The position numbers were made by a program, and so were the translations under genes. Source: a virus (Duplodnaviria; Caudoviricetes). From it: DNA of 48,577 bases. Positions 43,145-48,577 of the stretch are shown in pieces (the stretch's first letter is position 1; the number at the start of each line of letters is the position of its first letter). The stretch is taken from IMG/VR virus record IMGVR_UViG_3300032293_002271, positions 1-48,577 of that record. One strand, given 5' to 3'. The notes beneath the pieces were generated by a model. It was not told the origin of the DNA and did no database searches. It was given only the letters and a program-made list of their open reading frames with translations.

Positions 43145-43945
43145 TCAGCTAACGGTGCGACCCGTCAGGTAACCATCAATATCTTCGTAACCAGGGGCTT
43201 CGTCAGGCTGGATGTAGCACACTTCAACCACCAGGTAACCAGTGCGGCCAGCGGCAGAATCACCGGCAGAAATATAGAAACCACCGGAAGTAGTAGTGCT
43301 ATTAGCGGTTTCCTTGGCGAACACCTTCAGGGTAGTGCCAGTGGTAGCAGCATAGTTGACGTTACCGGCGGTAACACCAGCGGCGCCGCTAGCAATCAGG
43401 AAGGGAGCAGAGCCGTAACCAGCGGTGCCACCAGCGAAGTAGATTTCGCCAGCCTGAGTACCGGATACAGTGGAGGTGAGGTTAGCCTGGATCACACCTT
43501 CGCCAACGCCAGAAGCAGCAGTGGGGCTGCCAGCGTTGTTACGACCGAAGGAGATGACGTTACCAGTAGCGGCGTACACACCAGAAGCCACGCGGCCATC
43601 GCCCCAGCCAGAAGCCACGGAGATAGCGGTGCGGTACACATAAGCAGGCAGGGTGCTGGTACCAGAGATCACCATGCCGGTGATGTCGGTACGGGTGTCG
43701 TCCTGGCGGTAAGGCGAAGGAACGATCACATCAGCGGCAGCAACACCGGAGCCAGAGACAGCGGTAACTGCCACGTAACCACGCTGTTGGAAATAACGAT
43801 AACCGGGGGTAGCCAGCACCGAAGTGGGGCCACCTTTGGAGAAATCGTTGGTGCCATCGGCGATGACATCAATGTTCTTGTACCAGCCGTTCAGGGGTTC
43901 AGCCCAGTTGCCGGGATAGATTTTTTTAGCGGACAAATAGGTCAT
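43145..43945 (-). CDS. Abundant virion protein (capsid decoration or tail tube)
   Basis: Directly after the MCP with AGGA SD and high-expression codon bias; A/G/T-rich. Confidence 0.6.
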   Translation of the reverse strand: MTYLSAKKIYPGNWAEPLNGWYKNIDVIADGTNDFSKGGPTSVLATPGYRYFQQRGYVAVTAVSGSGVAAADVIVPSPYRQDDTRTDITGMVISGTSTLPAYVYRTAISVASGWGDGRVASGVYAATGNVISFGRNNAGSPTAASGVGEGVIQANLTSTVSGTQAGEIYFAGGTAGYGSAPFLIASGAAGVTAGNVNYAATTGTTLKVFAKETANSTTTSGGFYISAGDSAAGRTGYLVVEVCYIQPDEAPGYEDIDGYLTGRTVS

Positions 43946-43978
43946 TTATCTTTTCCTATAAATGGGTATGGTTAACTA

Positions 43979-45145
43979 TCAAACGTCGCCATCATCGGAC
44001 ACATAGCTAAACGCGGTGGTCACAAAGTCCTTGTTCAGGATTTCAAAACCGGCGTAAAGTTGCCAAATTAAGATGATAAAACGGCTGAAGTCGTCGTTGT
44101 TGTTGATCAACACTTGAGCATTGGGGCCGCCAATACCCACGCCAATCGATTGGGGGCCGAAGAAGTAACCTTGAGCAACTTCTTGCGAAGCGTAGGTACC
44201 GCCAGTGCCAGCGAAAGAGGTGGTAACGTTCTTGGTCGGGAAGTTGGTCGACTCGAAGAACTTAACGCCTTCAAACTGCACGCCGGTAGGCATAACAGGT
44301 TCACCAGCCAGGAAGTAACCTTGACCGGCTTGAGGACCCTGGTAGAAGCTGGCGTTGTTAGGCAGCATGGGGTTACCCATGTACATGCCTTGGCCAGGGT
44401 TACCAGCGTAACGGGCGATCTCACGGAAGTCGGGGTCACGACGCAGGTGCATCATGAAGGTAGGATCGCAAATGCAGCGATACAGCCCATCAGCAAAGGT
44501 GGGGACGTTACGCTTACGCAGGTCCTTAACAATGTTCAACAGGTCGGTACGCACCGAGAACTGCTGAACATTAGCAGTGTACTCAGTGGAACTGTAGGTG
44601 ATGCGACCAGAGGAATCCTTGGTCTTGCCACCGGGGAAGTAGTAACCACCTTGGGTGGTGCTAGCCTGACCATTGGCTTCGGCTTTGGCGAGTTCATCAA
44701 TGAACACGCGGTCGCGCCAACGACGGTAGTCATCAAGCAGCGTCAGGCTACCGATGGACTGGTGGAACATATTAAGGTTCCCGCTATCCAAAAGCAGGCG
44801 CTGCGCGGTGATCAGGGTCTCACGCGCAATCTTGAAAGTGCTAGGCTGAGTGGGATCGCCGGGGTCCGCAGGGCCGGTGTATTCTTTGAGCACCACCAAC
44901 ACCTTTTCCTTGGTGATGTTACGGCTGTTAGCGGTACCGATAGTTTGGTCGGCAATGCGCTCACGGCTGTCCTTAGTACCAGGGGTACCCCAGAACTTGT
45001 AGCGGTCTAACTGAACGGTTTGACCAGGCTGACGAGTGAAGTCGTGGACAACCACGGGCTCCACTGCCATCTCAGTAATGTATGCAGGGTGGGGACGATA
45101 AAGTTCCGCACCTAAAATCTTGGGAAAGTCGTTGTCAATAAACAC
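43979..45145 (-). CDS. Major capsid protein
   Basis: 388 aa, GGAGG SD, strong codon bias; DF.RQPGQTV..R, GVKFFESTN, FFGPQ, DDF.R.....W....GF..L (HK97/N4-gp56-like). Confidence 0.8.
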   Translation of the reverse strand: MFIDNDFPKILGAELYRPHPAYITEMAVEPVVVHDFTRQPGQTVQLDRYKFWGTPGTKDSRERIADQTIGTANSRNITKEKVLVVLKEYTGPADPGDPTQPSTFKIARETLITAQRLLLDSGNLNMFHQSIGSLTLLDDYRRWRDRVFIDELAKAEANGQASTTQGGYYFPGGKTKDSSGRITYSSTEYTANVQQFSVRTDLLNIVKDLRKRNVPTFADGLYRCICDPTFMMHLRRDPDFREIARYAGNPGQGMYMGNPMLPNNASFYQGPQAGQGYFLAGEPVMPTGVQFEGVKFFESTNFPTKNVTTSFAGTGGTYASQEVAQGYFFGPQSIGVGIGGPNAQVLINNNDDFSRFIILIWQLYAGFEILNKDFVTTAFSYVSDDGDV

Positions 45146-45227
45146 CTTGGTTTATCCTCCAGTGTCAGTGTTTTTATCGGGTGAAAGATAAAGACACCTA
45201 ATGTCTTATCTAACACAAATTTTAGCA
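45146..45227 (-). promoter_or_regulatory. Capsid gene promoter and structured 5' UTR
   Basis: Extended -10 TGCTAAAAT (45219-45227); hairpin AGATAAGACA-TTAGG-TGTCTTTATCT; GGAGG SD. Confidence 0.55.
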
Positions 45228-45242
45228 GACAGTAAACTTAAA

Positions 45243-45839
45243 TTACATGTACCGCAAAGTTGTCATAGATCCATCGGTGGTTGCAAGTGCACCCATCGTG
45301 TTACTCGAGCCGTATTGCTCAGGATCCATGTACTGTTGTTGCTGGAATCCTGGCACACCTAAGGAACCAGGAATCGCACCAAGGGCTACACCACCTAGAC
45401 CAGCGGCAAGTGCGCCGGCTGGAGCGGCAATAGCGCCTAAGCCACGTTTAACATTTAATGCAGTAGCCTCAGGTGAATATACGGATTCCTGTAATGCATT
45501 GGTCAATGCATTAATTCCACGAGTGGCTCCACGCATTGCACCCATTCGCATACTGGACGGATTTGCTTTTGCCTTCTCGGGAATTTTGGCCCCAAGAGCT
45601 TGTAAAGCACTGCCGCCAGTTTGGCCAATTTGATTTGCCAAACCTTGGACAGAATTTGCATATCGTCCAGCAAGTCGAGGTGTAACTGCACGTGCGCCAA
45701 GTAAACCAGCAGCGCCACCAAGAGCGCCAGCAGTGCCAGCGAGAATTGCAGAGCCTGGGTCTTCACCTTGAGAAAGGGCGTACCCGCCCGCAGCTAAACC
45801 AGCCGCAAGAGGTACGCCTACTTTAAAGCGATTACGCAT
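45243..45839 (-). CDS. Gly/Ala-rich membrane-associated virion protein
   Basis: Multiple glycine-zipper segments. Confidence 0.6.
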   Translation of the reverse strand: MRNRFKVGVPLAAGLAAGGYALSQGEDPGSAILAGTAGALGGAAGLLGARAVTPRLAGRYANSVQGLANQIGQTGGSALQALGAKIPEKAKANPSSMRMGAMRGATRGINALTNALQESVYSPEATALNVKRGLGAIAAPAGALAAGLGGVALGAIPGSLGVPGFQQQQYMDPEQYGSSNTMGALATTDGSMTTLRYM

Positions 45840-45843
45840 CGCC

Positions 45844-46845
45844 TTACTCCATTACAAACAGTTTGTTGGCAACAACTTGAGGTTGGGCTTGGTTCAGAAG
45901 ACGCCAAGCATTCTCAGGGCTCACATCCATTTGTTGCTTGAAACTACCCCAGAAGTTTTCAGGCTGTTGGGGAGCGGAAGCAGCAGGAGGTGCGGGGAAG
46001 TTACCCATGTAATCTTGAATTGCTGCGGTCGGATAACCACGGGTTTCAAGTTGGGACTCATCTTCGTACACGGGGTACGGACCTTCGGGACCAAAGAACT
46101 TCAGCGTGTAATCGCTAAGTACGTCGGGATTGGTCAGGATTTCGTTGTAGGCCAGGTTCTCTTGGTGCTCAGCAACAGAGAAGTTGGCGAAACGATGAAG
46201 GGTTTCAGTCGCTTTGCCGCCCCAGGCAACAGCACTGTCCAGCATGGCTTCCAGTTGGAGGCCGTAGTTGTTAAGGATGGCGGGTGCGTCCCAACCGTAA
46301 GCGTTAATTACGTGTTGACTTTCGGGACTTAGGTGCAGGTAATCGGCGATCGCCGTTTGCACTTCGCTCCGGAGCTCGTTGGCCACTTCCGGCGAGGATG
46401 CCGCTAAGGAGGTTAGGGAAGAGTTGCGCGAGTAGTCCTGGTTGGGTGACCAGGTCTGCGGAGCCGATTGTTGCGTAGCTGGGTTGCTGTACTGCTGACC
46501 GTAATTCGCCGGGGCGTAATCCGTCGTCGGATATGACTGACCCTGGAACGGGGATTGAACTGGACTGCTCAGCAGACCCACTACTTTGTTGAACGCCGAC
46601 TCCCACGGGTTGGCCTGAGGAGCCGCCGGTTGGGATTGGGGGGCGTACTGAGTAGGGGCTGATTGGTAACTGGGGGCCGCCTGAGGCACTGCTTGGGGGT
46701 AGCTGGTACCCACCTGATACTGAACCGGCATCCCCATCGGAGCTTGAGGTGCCGGAGCTTGGGCCGGTACCACGTAGCTGCTTGGAGCCACCGCCACTGG
46801 TGATTGGCTCGTCTGTGGGATCGATTGGACGGTAGCGTCCTGCAT
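45844..46845 (-). CDS. Probable capsid scaffolding protein
   Basis: AGGAG SD; P/Q/A-rich N-terminus; lies between the portal-like gene and MCP. Confidence 0.6.
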   Translation of the reverse strand: MQDATVQSIPQTSQSPVAVAPSSYVVPAQAPAPQAPMGMPVQYQVGTSYPQAVPQAAPSYQSAPTQYAPQSQPAAPQANPWESAFNKVVGLLSSPVQSPFQGQSYPTTDYAPANYGQQYSNPATQQSAPQTWSPNQDYSRNSSLTSLAASSPEVANELRSEVQTAIADYLHLSPESQHVINAYGWDAPAILNNYGLQLEAMLDSAVAWGGKATETLHRFANFSVAEHQENLAYNEILTNPDVLSDYTLKFFGPEGPYPVYEDESQLETRGYPTAAIQDYMGNFPAPPAASAPQQPENFWGSFKQQMDVSPENAWRLLNQAQPQVVANKLFVME

Positions 46846-48577
46846 AACTCATCTCCTTTTGTAGAGCTTCTAATGTTCGATACAGATATGGGGTTAAATC
46901 CAATCTTGGATCCGCAGCCATCGGTAAGTCCGGTGCCTGTGGGTGAGGAGTCTGCATCATGCCCCCCACTAAGCGAGCAAATTGAGAGTAAGCACCCTGC
47001 AATTCGTTCACCATCCTGAAAGGGAACCCAGATAACATCTCGGCCCTTTCCTCATCCGTCTTAGACGGGAAGAGGTATTTCAGTGCTTCAATGCTATCAA
47101 CACCTAATTCCTGTAGGTTTCGTACCACGATGGAGTTGTTGAGGATGTCTTGGGTAGAGTCCTCATAAACAGGCCCCATCCAACGCCATAACACTGTTAC
47201 GTCACCGTCAGGAATAAGGCCGATAACTTTGGGTGGAATTTGCTGTGTCTCCACACAAGCCATCATAAGTTTTTTCAACATCTCATTGTGTTGTTTCATC
47301 GCCTCGTCATAGGCAGCCTCTTCTTCAGGGCTAGCGCCTGGCGCCAGGTCCACAGGTTTCTCAAGGCCCGCCGCCATACCAAGCGTTGTTTTAAACAACT
47401 GCTCTTCTTGGTAAATAATTAATTCAAGACAACGAGAGATGCCGTGAGTGTAAATAGCATTTGCTTTTTTCTTAGATGTTGCAGCAACACGACCAAACAG
47501 TGATTTGTACTCTGTTGCAGTAACGCCTGCAGAAATTGAAAGTTCGTCAACACCACCCAAAGCTGTACGAATCTCTTCGCGGTATTGACGAGCAAAGGCG
47601 TTTTGGTCGCCAGTGATGGCATCTGGGACAATGTACCCAACTCGGTCGTTTGGTTCCAGGTTTGCGATAACGCGTGGAACTCGGATCTGACCATCTACGC
47701 CACGACTAACCGGATCAGCTTTGAAGGTAGATCGACTTAGTGCCGCAGGACTTGTAAAGCCAGAGTTGGCGGCAATTGATGGGCGTTGTACAACGGCATC
47801 ACCACCTGCTTCCATCAGGTCCGTCTTGGGACGAGAAGAAAGAAGTGTAGGGTTACCAAAGAAGGTAATGTTTTTGCGCATGGTGCGCATCAACTCATCA
47901 TGAGTACAGATATGATTTGCTACTGCGTCAAACTCACCGGATCCCTCATTGGAGAAGCCTTGAGTATTGTTGATAATTTCTACGCAAGGGATAAAGCCAA
48001 GACTGTTCTTAAGCTGTTTAGTGCTCCCGGTTAAAGCGTAGGTTGGCATGTCGAAAGTCATCTCCGAATCGGAGTGAGTTTCTTCAATTTCCTTTGCCTT
48101 AATGGACAGACGAATGTAACGCTTGGCGCCAGGGTTGTAAGTGCTTTGTGTTCCAGTGAGATTTGTTGTATTCAGTTGATCACCAAAGCCGTTTCCTTTG
48201 CGTACCTTGTAGCTGTAGATGATTACAACTTCATCCAACTCGCCATCAACGTTGTAATAGGCACGATATTCGTGCTCACGAAAGTAATAAAGCCTGTAGT
48301 TTTGCTTGGTTGGGCGGATGTAAAAAAGACCTTTGCCATCACACAGGAAATATTCCCAGATCGAATCAAGGCGCGTATCTAGTTTGTTGTATTTCAGTAC
48401 ACGATCCAGGAAGTCTTTACGTTGTGCACCAAAGTTGTCCTGAGAAGGGAAAAACTCAACTCCCTGGCGGATGCCAAAAAGTTTCATCTGAGCAATGTGA
48501 GACGCAACGATACTCGTGTCAACTACGACGTTGCTATCTTTGTTGAGATAGGCGTCAATAATTTCTTGAAGTCGTGC
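46304..48577 (-). CDS. Probable portal protein (5' truncated by the window)
   Basis: Frame is open to the window end; KNSLGFIPCVEI.N...G.GEF, FFGNP, ALGG.D; position upstream of scaffold and MCP. Confidence 0.65.
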   Translation of the reverse strand, partial: ARLQEIIDAYLNKDSNVVVDTSIVASHIAQMKLFGIRQGVEFFPSQDNFGAQRKDFLDRVLKYNKLDTRLDSIWEYFLCDGKGLFYIRPTKQNYRLYYFREHEYRAYYNVDGELDEVVIIYSYKVRKGNGFGDQLNTTNLTGTQSTYNPGAKRYIRLSIKAKEIEETHSDSEMTFDMPTYALTGSTKQLKNSLGFIPCVEIINNTQGFSNEGSGEFDAVANHICTHDELMRTMRKNITFFGNPTLLSSRPKTDLMEAGGDAVVQRPSIAANSGFTSPAALSRSTFKADPVSRGVDGQIRVPRVIANLEPNDRVGYIVPDAITGDQNAFARQYREEIRTALGGVDELSISAGVTATEYKSLFGRVAATSKKKANAIYTHGISRCLELIIYQEEQLFKTTLGMAAGLEKPVDLAPGASPEEEAAYDEAMKQHNEMLKKLMMACVETQQIPPKVIGLIPDGDVTVLWRWMGPVYEDSTQDILNNSIVVRNLQELGVDSIEALKYLFPSKTDEERAEMLSGFPFRMVNELQGAYSQFARLVGGMMQTPHPQAPDLPMAADPRLDLTPYLYRTLEALQKEMSYAGRYRPIDPTDEPITSGGGSKQLRGTGPSSGTSSSDGDAGSVSGGYQLPPSSASGGPQLPISPYSVRPPIPTGGSSGQPVGVGVQQSSGSAEQSSSIPVPGSVISDDGLRPGELRSAVQQPSYATIGSADLVTQPGLLAQLFPNLLSGILAGSGQRAPERSANGDRRLPAPKSRKSTRN

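Noticed and set aside
44114-45010. 298 aa + strand ORF
   Set aside because: Antisense shadow of the codon-biased major capsid gene; no motif or RBS.

Overview
A ~48.6 kb slice of a tailed dsDNA cyanophage genome. The host is probably a picocyanobacterium; gene content and layout recall freshwater S-EIV1-like phages, which is an inference from memory and not a search result. Left to right: (1) an early + strand block with tandem-OB SSB, a SWIM protein, HicA-like, Gp157-like and many small ORFs; (2) a head-to-head pair of paralogous virion proteins; (3) dps; (4) a compact minus-strand non-coding RNA operon with two tRNA look-alikes lacking normal anticodon loops; (5) a DUF5872-like gene split by an HNH endonuclease, then a methyltransferase and hli; (6) a PD-(D/E)XK exonuclease, Prim-Pol/D5 primase-helicase, speD and a GT4 glycosyltransferase; (7) a mirror-symmetric 360 bp repeat array (candidate bidirectional origin) followed by two degenerate HNH genes; (8) CP12-like and holin-like micro-ORFs, endolysin and tail fibre; (9) an MTase-like gene, dcd, DUF3310, nblA-like and lysozyme; (10) the minus-strand morphogenesis block with hydrolase-type proteins, major capsid, scaffold and a portal-like gene truncated at the edge. 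The best novelty candidates are the tRNA-mimic/ncRNA operon, the dyad-symmetric origin-like array, repeated mini-pseudoknot leaders, and a shared C-terminal tag on two different cell-wall hydrolases. All family calls come from motif recognition by eye; no searches were run.
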